Shown here in pieces: positions 18,234 to 27,505 of a stretch of 64,000 nucleotides of DNA. The notes under the pieces were generated by a model, which saw only the letters and a program-made list of their open reading frames with translations, was not told the origin of the DNA and did no database searches. The position numbers and the translations under genes are program-made. Location of the stretch: NCBI GenBank assembly GCA_963794325.1, contig CAWCDG010000003.1, positions 128,001 through 192,000 on the forward strand. Direction: 5' to 3'. This DNA is from an uncultured delta proteobacterium (GTDB lineage Bacteria > Desulfobacterota > Binatia > Binatales > Binataceae). Position 1 is the first letter of the stretch. Each line of letters begins with the position of its first letter.

Positions 18234-19313
18234 ATGGCAAAAATAAAAGTTGAACGCGGCCTTCATCTCGGGATGCCGTATACGCCCGACATGCAGGATG
18301 GCGGAAAGCGGCCCGAACCTACCTGGAGCACGATTCGCGACCAGGTGCGCGAGGCCGATGCGCTCGGCTACGACACGATCCTCGCAGTCGAAACGCAGCA
18401 CGATCCGTATCTCGAGCTCGCAATTGCCGCGCAGGAGCCGTCGAAGATCGAGCTCGCGACCGGTATCGCGCTCGCCTACACGAAGAGTCCCGTCGCGACG
18501 GCGTACACTGCGTGGGACTTGCAGCGGATGAGCGGTGGGCGTCTGAATCTCGGACTCGGCTCGCAGGTGAAGGGTCATGTGACGCGGCGCTTCGGGATGC
18601 CGTGGTCGAAGCCGGCGCAGCGGATGAAAGACTACGTCGGTGCGATGCGCGCGTGCTGGCGCACCTGGCAGACTCGCGAGCCGTTCAACTTTCAGAGCGA
18701 GCACTACAATCTCTCGCTGATGACGCCGAACTTCGCGCCGCCGCCCCTGTCGAATCCGCACATCCCCGTGCTGATTGCGGCGGTGCAGGAACGGATGCTG
18801 CAAGTTGCGGGCGAAGTCTGCGACGGTGTGCGCCTACATGGAATCGTCACGCGTAAATATCTCGATCAGATCGCATTCCCGAATCTGAAAAAGGGCTTCG
18901 ACAAATCGGGCAAGCCGGCCGCGGAGTGGAGCAACTTTCAAATCGGCGGCGGCGGCTTTCTATGCGCCGCGAAAGATAAGGACTCGCTCGCTCGCGCCGT
19001 CAACGGAATGAAATCGACCATCGCGTTTTACGGATCGACCCGATCGTATCGTTCGAGTTTTGAAATCGACGGATGGGGCGACACTGCCGACCAGTTGCAC
19101 AAACTATCCGTGCAGCAGAAATGGCCCGAGATGGCGAAGCTGGTGACTGACGAGATGGTGCATGCGTTCGCGGCAGTCGGCACCTACGACGAGATCGCGG
19201 GAGTGATCAAGAAACGCTTCGCCGGAGTGAATCGCCTCTCATTCGACATGCCCGTGAAGACCGATCACGACCGCGGCGTGCTGAAGGAGATCATCCAGGA
19301 CTTGCGACGCTAG
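18234..19313 (+). CDS. LLM-class F420-dependent oxidoreductase (TIGR03617-like)
   Basis: ETQHDPY, AWDLQRMSGGRLNLGLGSQVKGH..RRFG, LMTPNF and IAFYGST motifs. Confidence 0.88.
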   Translation: MAKIKVERGLHLGMPYTPDMQDGGKRPEPTWSTIRDQVREADALGYDTILAVETQHDPYLELAIAAQEPSKIELATGIALAYTKSPVATAYTAWDLQRMSGGRLNLGLGSQVKGHVTRRFGMPWSKPAQRMKDYVGAMRACWRTWQTREPFNFQSEHYNLSLMTPNFAPPPLSNPHIPVLIAAVQERMLQVAGEVCDGVRLHGIVTRKYLDQIAFPNLKKGFDKSGKPAAEWSNFQIGGGGFLCAAKDKDSLARAVNGMKSTIAFYGSTRSYRSSFEIDGWGDTADQLHKLSVQQKWPEMAKLVTDEMVHAFAAVGTYDEIAGVIKKRFAGVNRLSFDMPVKTDHDRGVLKEIIQDLRR

Positions 19314-19319
19314 TAGGCT

Positions 19320-20018
19320 CTAGGCAAGCGGGTTGATGTCCGACCACAGCCGGCGCATCAACTCGATATGTGTCTCGACCGCCCACAGCGTTTCGGCCGC
19401 GGCGCTCTCGGGTATGGCACGGAAGATCGAACCGGCGCTCGAGTCGCCGTGATCCTTGTCAACCTTGACGTGGACGCTGAAGAACAGCAGCGCGTCGTCG
19501 GAGAGTTTGTAATGGCGGCTGAGTCCGTCGATCACGCGGACGTAAGCATCGGGGTTGAACAGCTCGGAGCCGAGGCTGATGCCGGCGAGGGTCACGTACC
19601 ACGGCTTCGATTCGGCCAGCCAGTACATCCAATGCATCATCGCAGTCGCGTCGGCGGTCATGCTCGCGTTGAGCAAGTCGGCGCGCGGGATACCGATGGC
19701 CTCGCCGAATTCGAGATAGAGTTCCGGGTGCGATCGATTGGCGCCGGAGACGCGGCCGAGCTCCTCTTCGATCAGGTTTTCGACGATCGCCTTGCGCGCC
19801 GGAAAGTCGTCGCACTTGGCGTAGATGAGGCCGAGAATATTGGCGTTGTGCGCCTTGTTGCCGATGAAGAGCTGGGTCGCCCAATGGCGGAGCTGCGGCA
19901 ATGACAACTCGCCACGTTCAATCTTCTCGATCGTCGGATGTGACCGAAGCGTGCGATTGTTCCGCTCGAGTTTCTCGATCAAGGCTTTGAGCTGGCGTGT
20001 TCCTTTTTCGACATCCAT
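19320..20018 (-). CDS. PqqC/TenA/CADD-like heme-oxygenase-like diiron oxidase
   Basis: HP..EKIERGELS, ENLIEEELG...H, SE and FFSVHVKVDKDH, matching the E/H/E/HxxxDxxH ligand set of CADD. Confidence 0.82.
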   Translation of the reverse strand: MDVEKGTRQLKALIEKLERNNRTLRSHPTIEKIERGELSLPQLRHWATQLFIGNKAHNANILGLIYAKCDDFPARKAIVENLIEEELGRVSGANRSHPELYLEFGEAIGIPRADLLNASMTADATAMMHWMYWLAESKPWYVTLAGISLGSELFNPDAYVRVIDGLSRHYKLSDDALLFFSVHVKVDKDHGDSSAGSIFRAIPESAAAETLWAVETHIELMRRLWSDINPLA

Positions 20019-20020
20019 GA

Positions 20021-21673
20021 TCAAGTTCCTTGCGGAGCAACGGCTCCGGAAGCCAACGCGGCGCGTTCGGCGGCGAGTTTATCGGCGATATCGCGGCGCA
20101 GTTCAGACTTTCTGATCTTGCCAACGTTGGTCAGCGGCAATTCGGTTACGATCTCGATCCGTTCGGGCCATTTGAATTGCGCTACGCCACGAGCCGCAAG
20201 AAACTCGCGTATGGCGGAGAGCGCCAGCGTGTCTCCATCGCGCAGCGACAAATAGGCGCACGCCTTTTCACCCAAGATAGCGTCGGGCATCGCCACGATG
20301 GCGACGGCGCTGACGGCAGGATGCGCGAGCAAATGTGCTTCGATTTCTTCGGCGTTGATTTTTTCACCGCCGCGATTGATCAGGTCCTTGATTCTTCCCT
20401 CGACCACGAGGCTCCCGGACGTATCGAGGCGCACCAGGTCCCCGCTTCGGTAGAATCCGTCGGCGCTAAAGGCGTCGCGATTCCGCTCGGGGGCACAGTA
20501 GTAACCGCGAATCGTATATGGTCCGCGACACCATAGTTCGCCAATCGCGCCGGTCGCTACGTCGGCTCCGTTGGGGGTTACGATCCGTATCTCGTCGGCC
20601 TGCGAGAGTGGCCGGCCCTGTGTCGTGAAGGCGACTTCGTCGCGATCGTCGAGGCGCGTGTAGCACAGTAATCCTTCGGCCATGCCGAGAACCTGCTGCA
20701 CGATGAGGTGAGAAAAACTGCCTTTGAGAGCCCGCGCGGTTGGCTCCTGGAGCCGTTGACCGCCGATCGTGATTACGCGCAGCGACGCAAGTTGGGTGCG
20801 TGACGACGACGGAAGGTCAAGCAGAGCGATGGCAATCGCAGGGACGCATGGCAGGTGGGTGATTTGTTCGCGTTCGATCGTGTTCGCGAGATCAGCCGCC
20901 GCGAGTGACTGGGTGAAGACGGTGCGCGCTCCCACCAGCATCGCGCCGAGCAACCCGGGGCATGCCAACGGAAAGTTGTGCTCACAGGGAAGCGCGATCA
21001 GGATTCGCGATTCGGAGGTGAGGCCGGTTGCGGCGGCGGATTCACGCGCGTTGTACAGATAATCGGCGTGAGTGCGAGGAATGAGTTTCGGCAGGCCGGT
21101 AGTGCCGCCGGAAAGAAGGAATAGCGCGACCTCGAAAGGGTCGCCGCTGTTTGAAGATCCGAATGCACGTGGCGAGGCAGAGCTCTCGCGCATCGAGACG
21201 CATCCCGCGGCCGAGGTCGTTGAAAGAATGAGATGAGGCTTTAGCTCTCGCGCCAGCGTAGCGTGATCGAATCCGCGATGTTCGGGTGCGATAGCGATTG
21301 CCTTTGCGTCGGAGAACGACAGGAGATATTCGAGCTCGGCTCTGCGGAAGGCGGGAAGCGCCATGACCGGAATCGCGCCGATTTCGAGACATGCGAGGGT
21401 TAAGGTTGCGAATTCGACGCAGTTAGGAAGTTGAATGATGATGCGATCGTTGCGCTCGATCCCATTGCGAGAGAGGAGGGCGGCGACGCATCCTGCTTCA
21501 TCCAACAGCTGCGAACAGGTCAGGCTTCGGGTCGCATCGGTGACGGCAATGGAGTCGGGGCGATTTGCCGCGGCCTTTGCAATTGCATCGGGGATAATTT
21601 CGCGGCGCCAGATTCCTTCGCGAACGTAGCGCTCGGCGAATTCGGCGGGGAATGGCGTGCATCCTTCGAGCAT
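20021..21673 (-). CDS. Aryl acid-AMP ligase (EntE/DhbE/MbtA family, salicylate-type)
   Basis: LSGGTTGLPKLIPRTH, HNFPLACPG, QQVLGMAEGL, FYRSGD, RGGEKI and VGKIRK motifs. Confidence 0.9.
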   Translation of the reverse strand: MLEGCTPFPAEFAERYVREGIWRREIIPDAIAKAAANRPDSIAVTDATRSLTCSQLLDEAGCVAALLSRNGIERNDRIIIQLPNCVEFATLTLACLEIGAIPVMALPAFRRAELEYLLSFSDAKAIAIAPEHRGFDHATLARELKPHLILSTTSAAGCVSMRESSASPRAFGSSNSGDPFEVALFLLSGGTTGLPKLIPRTHADYLYNARESAAATGLTSESRILIALPCEHNFPLACPGLLGAMLVGARTVFTQSLAAADLANTIEREQITHLPCVPAIAIALLDLPSSSRTQLASLRVITIGGQRLQEPTARALKGSFSHLIVQQVLGMAEGLLCYTRLDDRDEVAFTTQGRPLSQADEIRIVTPNGADVATGAIGELWCRGPYTIRGYYCAPERNRDAFSADGFYRSGDLVRLDTSGSLVVEGRIKDLINRGGEKINAEEIEAHLLAHPAVSAVAIVAMPDAILGEKACAYLSLRDGDTLALSAIREFLAARGVAQFKWPERIEIVTELPLTNVGKIRKSELRRDIADKLAAERAALASGAVAPQGT

Positions 21674-21679
21674 CGTTGG

Positions 21680-22342
21680 TCAGCGCGCGGAAAGCGTTCC
21701 CGCGATCATGCGGAAGCATTCGTCCATGATGCGGCTGCGCTGTTCGTAATCGCGCGCCGGTTCGTACCACGTATAGAACCAGTTCATCGCGCCGAACAGC
21801 AGCGAGGTGAGGATTCGCGTCTGCTCGCGGTCGAGAGTTTTGTTGCGATGCGCGGCGTAGGCCTCGAGCAGGCGGCGGCAGATGCGCGAATACTCGCGCT
21901 TGAGGCGCGTGATGTCGGCGGCATAGCGGCCGGTCAACGAATCAGCTTCGCGCACGAGCACTTTCATCTCGGCGAGATTGCTCATGTGATATTCGAGATG
22001 GCTGCGGATGAAGAGGCGCAAGCGTTCTTCGGGGTCGTCGGTCTCGGACATTCGCGCTTCGGCGAGCGAGACCAGTTGCTCGAACGCGCGGCGCGAGATG
22101 AGGTAGAGGAGCTCCTCCTTGTTGCGGAGGTAATAGTAGATGCGGGGAAAGGAGATTCGCGCGCGTGCGGCGATGTCGCGAATCGAGGCGAGGCCGAAAC
22201 TTTTCTCGGCAAAAACCGCGGCGGCCGAGCTCAAGATGTGATCGACGTTCGCGTCGTAGCGCTCGTCTGGCGCAATCGCGCGCGGCGCCGGCTTGATTCG
22301 CGCGACACGCTTCGGCGCCTCATCGAGATTTGATTTCTTCAA
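21680..22342 (-). CDS. TetR family regulator (KstR2-like C-terminus)
   Basis: ILSSAAAVFAEKSF..ASIRDIA...IYYYLRNKEELL HTH and GAMNWFYTWY. Confidence 0.92.
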   Translation of the reverse strand: MKKSNLDEAPKRVARIKPAPRAIAPDERYDANVDHILSSAAAVFAEKSFGLASIRDIAARARISFPRIYYYLRNKEELLYLISRRAFEQLVSLAEARMSETDDPEERLRLFIRSHLEYHMSNLAEMKVLVREADSLTGRYAADITRLKREYSRICRRLLEAYAAHRNKTLDREQTRILTSLLFGAMNWFYTWYEPARDYEQRSRIMDECFRMIAGTLSAR

Positions 22343-22351
22343 TTCATCACC

Positions 22352-23092
22352 TCAACTGAATCGGCGTCCGGAAGCCGGGTCAGGAATTGGAATCTCGAGC
22401 TTGGTCAGCAGATTGTTGACCTCTTCGGTGAACTCGTCGCGCATTTGCTCGTTGCTGCGGCGCCGGAGGCCCCATCGTACGTAATCGAACTGCCGCTTGG
22501 ATCCAGATTTTCCGAACATATCGAGTCCCGCGGGATACCACTTTGCCAGATGTTTTTTCAGGAGTTCTCGTCCGGGATCGCCTTCGCGTTGAAGATACCT
22601 GCGAATCAGGCGATAGCCGAAGGCGGCATGGCCGAGTTCCTCTTTGTGCACGCGCTCGGCGATTCGCGCGAGCGGTTCGTAGCTGCATCCGACCCATTCG
22701 TATCCCATGTAGGCGCCCTGCCGGTCGGCGAAGAAACTGAAGAGGCCGTACTCGAGCCAATCCTCGGCCTGGTCGCGCATTTCGAAAATGTAGATAGGCA
22801 TCGGAGACGCCATGAACCTGCTGTCGACGGTGACGCCGAGGTCCTCAAGCAGCTTCATCCAGTAGCTCGCGTGACGAACTTCGTCGGACCAGAATGCAGC
22901 GTACTCGGCCTTGTCTTCGGCTGTGGGAGCCATCGCGAGCGGCTTCATGAGTGTGCGTTCGGGGGCGAGCATATATTCGGACTCGATTCGCGACTGGATC
23001 GAGAGCATCCGGATGAGGAGATCCTTGTAGTCGGCGGGGAGACCGTCGGGGCTCGCGAAGCGGATATCGGTCGCAGGTGGTGGATTGCTCAT
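22352..23092 (-). CDS. PaaA/BoxB-like ferritin-fold diiron aryl-CoA epoxidase subunit
   Basis: APT.EDK, DEVRH, FADR, CSYEPLARIAERVHKEELGH, WYPAGLDMFG and WGLRRRSNEQMR motifs. Confidence 0.85.
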   Translation of the reverse strand: MSNPPPATDIRFASPDGLPADYKDLLIRMLSIQSRIESEYMLAPERTLMKPLAMAPTAEDKAEYAAFWSDEVRHASYWMKLLEDLGVTVDSRFMASPMPIYIFEMRDQAEDWLEYGLFSFFADRQGAYMGYEWVGCSYEPLARIAERVHKEELGHAAFGYRLIRRYLQREGDPGRELLKKHLAKWYPAGLDMFGKSGSKRQFDYVRWGLRRRSNEQMRDEFTEEVNNLLTKLEIPIPDPASGRRFS

Positions 23093-23119
23093 GCTGTGTT
23101 GCCGTCCTGTGCTGATGTT

Positions 23120-23161
23120 CTGAACGATAGTTCAGTTATCACTGGAGGCAGACCGGGTCAA
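23120..23161 (-). promoter_or_regulatory. Putative TetR operator and promoter for the paaA-like unit
   Basis: Perfect palindrome CTGAAC-GATA-GTTCAG (23120-23135) just upstream of the 23092 start; minus-strand TTGACC at 23161-23156. Confidence 0.6.
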
Positions 23162-23185
23162 TCGTGCGGTCGCGGCGCGATGTTA

Positions 23186-24133
23186 TCAGGATCCGGCGAA
23201 TTGCGGGATGACTTCTTCCGCGAATGCCTGCAGCTCGTCCTCGGCGGTCAACGGCCCCTGCATGAATATGAAATGGGTGACTCCCGCCTTCGCGAAGCGT
23301 TCGATCGTATCGATACACTCCTGCTTGCCGCCGATGATCATTCGATCGCGCGCTTTTTCCGGCGTGGTCTGCGCCATCATCGCAATTAGCCCTGTCACTA
23401 TCTCCTCGCGCTGTTTGGCTGGCTTGTAGCACATCGCCATCATCTCGGTTTTTTCGATCTCGTCAGCGTCGCGTCCGACCGTATCGCAGTGCCGCTCGAT
23501 GACCCCGATCAGGCGCTCCATCTCGGGAAGGTCGGCGTTGGTCATGTTCCACATGTCGGCGTACCTGGCGACAATCTTCAGCAGGACGCGTTCGCCGTGG
23601 CCGCCAATCATGAGCGGCAAGTGCTTCTGCAGAGGCTTCGGACTGCAGACCGCGTCGATTACGTCGTAGTGCTTCCCATGGAGCGTAGTTTTGTCATTCG
23701 TGAACATTCCCTTGATTATCTGGCACGACTCGTCGAGTGCCTGTAGCCGGCCCGCCACGGTTTTGAAATCGATCCCGAAGCTCCTGTGCTCCAATTCGAA
23801 CCATCCGGCGCCGAGTCCAAGATTCAGTCGTCCGCCGCTCGCGATGTCGAGTGTGGCTGCCATCTTGGCGAGCACGCAGGGATTGCGATAGGTGTTGCCG
23901 TTGACTAGCGCTCCGATCCGCGCGCGCTTGGTGTGCTGGCTCAGCGCGCTGAGCAGCGTCCATCCTTCCATGCAAGGTCCGGTCGGATCGGGCACGAAGA
24001 TTGGGTAAAAATGATCGAACGCCCACAATGAGTCATATCCCCATCCGTCCGCTTTCGACCACAAATCGCGTATCTGATCGAAGGTTAAGTTTTGCTGAAC
24101 GATTTGGGCTCCGAAGCGGATCGGGTGTTTCAT
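23186..24133 (-). CDS. LLM-class F420-dependent oxidoreductase (TIGR03560-like)
   Basis: DHFYPI, EGWTLLSAL, YRNP..LAKMAATLD..SGGRL.LGLGAGW and PLMIGGHGE motifs. Confidence 0.9.
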   Translation of the reverse strand: MKHPIRFGAQIVQQNLTFDQIRDLWSKADGWGYDSLWAFDHFYPIFVPDPTGPCMEGWTLLSALSQHTKRARIGALVNGNTYRNPCVLAKMAATLDIASGGRLNLGLGAGWFELEHRSFGIDFKTVAGRLQALDESCQIIKGMFTNDKTTLHGKHYDVIDAVCSPKPLQKHLPLMIGGHGERVLLKIVARYADMWNMTNADLPEMERLIGVIERHCDTVGRDADEIEKTEMMAMCYKPAKQREEIVTGLIAMMAQTTPEKARDRMIIGGKQECIDTIERFAKAGVTHFIFMQGPLTAEDELQAFAEEVIPQFAGS

Positions 24134-24166
24134 TGGGTACCTCCAAAAATACGCGTGCGCAAAAGA

Positions 24167-24925
24167 TTAACCGGCCATCGTCAGGCCGCCGCTTACGCTT
24201 AGGACCTGGCCGGTGACGAAGTCCGAGTCGGCACTGGCGAAGAATGCGACCGCGCCGGCGAGGTCGGAGGGTTGGCCGAGGCGACGAAACGGGATTCCGC
24301 GCGCCATCGATTCGAGAACTTTCTCGCGTCCCGCCATCGCGGTTTTGAGTAGCGCGGTGTCGGTTGGGCCGGGGCAGACGACGTTGACGTTGATGTGATT
24401 CGCGGCGAGCTCGCGCGCCAGCGTTTTCGAGAAGCCGATGATAGCGGCTTTGCATCCGGCGTAAACCGCTTCGCCGGTCGAGCCGACGCGGGCAGCGTCG
24501 GAGGAAATCGAAATGATTTTACCGGAGCCGCGGGATTGCATTCGCGGCGCGACCGCCTTGCAGCAATTGAGCATCCCGCGATAGTTGATCGCGATCACCT
24601 TGTCCCAAAGATCGGGAGTGGTTTCGACGAACGGCATCAGGATGTCCCATCCGGCGTTATTCACCAGGATGTCGATCGGGCCGAGTTCCCGCTCGACGCG
24701 ATCGGCAGCTGCGATAGCCTCGTCGAGTTTGGTGACGTCGAGCGCGACCGCGATTGCGGATGCTCCGTCGCCGCGAATTTCTTCAGCGGCGCGCTGCGCG
24801 GAATCGAACTGAATATCCGCCAACGCGACCTTGGCGCCTTCATCGGCGAGTCGCGACGCGATTGCACGCCCGATTCCCTGCGCGGCGCCGGTTACGATTG
24901 CGACCTTGCCGGTCAGACGGGTCAT
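24167..24925 (-). CDS. SDR oxidoreductase, BadH (2-hydroxycyclohexanecarboxyl-CoA dehydrogenase)-like
   Basis: NNAGWD, SSDAARVGSTGEAVYAGCK, VCPGPTDT and VSGGLTM motifs. Confidence 0.85.
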   Translation of the reverse strand: MTRLTGKVAIVTGAAQGIGRAIASRLADEGAKVALADIQFDSAQRAAEEIRGDGASAIAVALDVTKLDEAIAAADRVERELGPIDILVNNAGWDILMPFVETTPDLWDKVIAINYRGMLNCCKAVAPRMQSRGSGKIISISSDAARVGSTGEAVYAGCKAAIIGFSKTLARELAANHINVNVVCPGPTDTALLKTAMAGREKVLESMARGIPFRRLGQPSDLAGAVAFFASADSDFVTGQVLSVSGGLTMAG

Positions 24926-24934
24926 AAAGCTACT

Positions 24935-25690
24935 TCAACTTGCGATCCAACCGCCGTCGATGATGAACGGAGCGCCCGTTGCGAACGGGGCTTCGTCACT
25001 GGCGAGGAAGAGCGCGGTGTGCGCGATTTCGTCGGCGCTGCCGACGCGGCCCAGCACCGAGCTGCGCTGAATGAATCGCGGTTGCAGTCCGTCGGGCCCG
25101 GTGATCCGATCGACCATCGGCGTGTGAATCACTCCCGGGCAAATGCAGTTGACGCGAACGTTGTAGCGCCCGTACTCGAGCGCCGCGACGCGGGTCAGCG
25201 AAATCACTCCGGCCTTGGCCGCGCAGTATGCGGCCGCGCCCTTGAGCCCGACGATCCCCGCCACCGATGCGGTGTTGATCACCGCGCCGCCGCCGCGCTC
25301 GACGAGTTTCGGCAGTCCGTACTTCATTCCGAGCCATACGCCGCGCAGGTTGATCGCGATCACTCGGTCGAAGGCCTCCTCGCTGAGCTCGGCCATGAAA
25401 CCGGACTCGCCTTCAATTCCCGCGTTGTTGTAAAGCACGTCGAGTCCGCCGAACGCGCGGACCGTTTCTTCGACCATCGCGCGCGCGTCCTCGGAGTCGG
25501 AGACGTCGGCGCGCAACGAGATAGCGTCACCGCCGGCCGATTTGATCATTCGCGCAGTCTCGGCTGCCGAGGACTCCACTACGTCGATGGCCGCGACTTT
25601 CGCGCCTTCGCGCGCGAACAAGACTGACGCCGCGCGACCCATTCCAGAGCCAGCGCCAGTGATCAGCGCTACTTTTCCTTTGAGTCTCAT
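24935..25690 (-). CDS. SDR family oxidoreductase
   Basis: TGAGSGMG, NNAG and YCAAK motifs; start set at ATG 25690 after GGAG. Confidence 0.92.
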   Translation of the reverse strand: MRLKGKVALITGAGSGMGRAASVLFAREGAKVAAIDVVESSAAETARMIKSAGGDAISLRADVSDSEDARAMVEETVRAFGGLDVLYNNAGIEGESGFMAELSEEAFDRVIAINLRGVWLGMKYGLPKLVERGGGAVINTASVAGIVGLKGAAAYCAAKAGVISLTRVAALEYGRYNVRVNCICPGVIHTPMVDRITGPDGLQPRFIQRSSVLGRVGSADEIAHTALFLASDEAPFATGAPFIIDGGWIAS

Positions 25691-25767
25691 TGATACCGCT
25701 CCATTGGCCGCGAGATTAGCGCATTTCAGTGCGATGCGGTTAGCGGGATGCAATTCACTTTATTTAA

Positions 25768-25905
25768 TGTGAAACCCGCGGTGGGTTTCACACTTCCTTC
25801 GGCAGGGGTGACCCCTGCACCCACCGAAAGATGCGGGACTTCGTCCCTGTTTGGAGGTCTTATGTGGAATGACGGAGCCGCGGCCTAGATGGCCGCGACC
25901 CCGCC
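25768..25905. other. Multi-hairpin intergenic element (repeat/MITE remnant or structured RNA)
   Basis: Four consecutive inverted repeats within about 140 nt. Confidence 0.5.
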
Positions 25906-25931
25906 TGGGTGATGGAGGTACGGAATTGTTG

Positions 25932-26480
25932 CTATTCGGTCGGGGTGGAAGTTGAGCTGCCAGTCGAGCTGGCGCTTTGCCACAGGGCCTTCATCTCGGC
26001 GTGAATCGAGTCGAGCTTGGCCTTGGTCGCGGAAATCTGCGCTAGCTGAGTCGGAGTCAGCACGTTGCGGATCGCGATCGCGTCCTGAATTTGCTCATTC
26101 ATCATCTGATCGTGAACCTGAGTAATCGTCGAAACCGGGACCGACAAGTCGCTCGCTGCTACCGCGCCGCTCGAGGTGAACTTGGCCGCGAGAGCTTCCT
26201 TGGCGGCTTTGAGCTGATCGATCTCTGCTTTGCGGGAAGCGCGCCGGTTCTCGAAAATTGTGTGAATTTGTTGTTTTTGGGCGTCAGTAAGATTCGCGGT
26301 CTTCAACAAGAGCGGAAGCGGCATTCCGAGCACGTCCATTTCGCCGCCGTGATGAAAACCACGATGACCCATATGACCACCCATCCCGCCCGAACTCGAC
26401 GAAGCGACATGCGCGACGGCGGCAACCAGAACGATCGCCAAAACTGCCGGAACAATACCGCGAGAGAACTTCGAAACCAT
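25932..26480 (-). CDS. Spy/CpxP family periplasmic protein
   Basis: Signal peptide, His/Gly/Met-rich N-terminus, NLTDAQKQQI and VLTPTQ (LTxxQ) motifs; AAGGAG RBS. Confidence 0.85.
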   Translation of the reverse strand: MVSKFSRGIVPAVLAIVLVAAVAHVASSSSGGMGGHMGHRGFHHGGEMDVLGMPLPLLLKTANLTDAQKQQIHTIFENRRASRKAEIDQLKAAKEALAAKFTSSGAVAASDLSVPVSTITQVHDQMMNEQIQDAIAIRNVLTPTQLAQISATKAKLDSIHAEMKALWQSASSTGSSTSTPTE

Positions 26481-26594
26481 AAAAACAAACTCCTTGAGTG
26501 ATGGATCGTCACCTTGATTGGCGGCGATCGCTCTCACCTGAATGTACGTTAATCCGGAAAAATCCGGTTACGCGCGCCGCGTGCGTGGCGGTGA

Positions 26595-27443
26595 TTAATT
26601 GCGGCGATTGGCCATCAGACGGTTCGCGTCGGCGTAAGTGGTCGTCGCTTCGAGCGTCGATTGGTACGTGCCTGCGCTCAACAATTCAGCCACGGTCTTC
26701 TTCAATGACGACATCGCGTTGAGAGTCAGGCGCGTGCCGACGCTCAGTCGCGCCACGCCGAGACGCTCGAGATCGGCAAGAGCAGGGATGCCGGGGAACG
26801 CGAGAAGATTCAGCGGACCATTGAGCGCTGGCACGATTCGCTCGATGTCAGCGCGACGGGAGACCGCCGGGAGGAAGAGACAATCAGCCCCGGCCTTGTG
26901 GTATGCGTTGGCGCGGCGGATTGCGTGCTCGAAACGCGTGTCGGGCTCGCCGATTCCGAGAAGATACACGTCGGTGCGCGCGTTGATGACGATCGGGACG
27001 CCAGCGGAGTTGGCAGCCTCGCGCGCGGCGCTCACGCGATCCACTGCGACGTCCAAATCGTAGAGAGAATGTGAGCCGTCGTGAACCTGGTCTTCGAGAT
27101 TGATTCCGACAGCGCCGGCGTCGATGACGCGGCGAACAGTGTCGGCGATTTCGCGAGTGTCATGCGCAAACCCGGACTCGATATCGGCCGAGACGGGAAC
27201 CGTCACCACGCGCGCGATGCGGGCAATCGCGGCAATCATCTCATCGCGCGGAACCGCCTCGCCGTCAGGATAGCCGATCGAAAACGCGACTCCGGCGCTG
27301 GTCGTCGCGATCGCGCGTGCGCCCGCGTCTTCGATAACGCGCGCGCTCATCGCGTCCCATGCGTTGGGCAGCACTAAAAGTCGTGAGCGATCGTGCATCG
27401 CTCGGAATGCTTCAGCTTTGGCGCGTTGCGTGTCGCGGTTCAT
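26595..27443 (-). CDS. Isocitrate lyase/PEP mutase family protein
   Basis: LPNAWD..SAR, ATTSAGVA, SADIESG, GINLED, INARTD and AGADCLF motifs. Confidence 0.92.
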   Translation of the reverse strand: MNRDTQRAKAEAFRAMHDRSRLLVLPNAWDAMSARVIEDAGARAIATTSAGVAFSIGYPDGEAVPRDEMIAAIARIARVVTVPVSADIESGFAHDTREIADTVRRVIDAGAVGINLEDQVHDGSHSLYDLDVAVDRVSAAREAANSAGVPIVINARTDVYLLGIGEPDTRFEHAIRRANAYHKAGADCLFLPAVSRRADIERIVPALNGPLNLLAFPGIPALADLERLGVARLSVGTRLTLNAMSSLKKTVAELLSAGTYQSTLEATTTYADANRLMANRRN

Positions 27444-27505
27444 GGTTGCCTCCGTGGGTTTATTGACTCATACAACACCGCATCGAGCCATGTGTGAAAT
27501 CGCGA

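Noticed and set aside
19320-20018. PqqC of PQQ biosynthesis
   Set aside because: No pqqA/B/D/E genes are adjacent, and the ligand pattern fits CADD-like diiron proteins better.
20021-21673. Siderophore NRPS cluster
   Set aside because: No carrier protein, NRPS, isochorismate or salicylate synthase, or TonB receptor is in the window.
23120-23135. Gram-positive SOS (GAAC-N4-GTTC) box
   Set aside because: It matches formally, but it precedes a metabolic operon encoding its own TetR, and I did not see this motif at imuABC.
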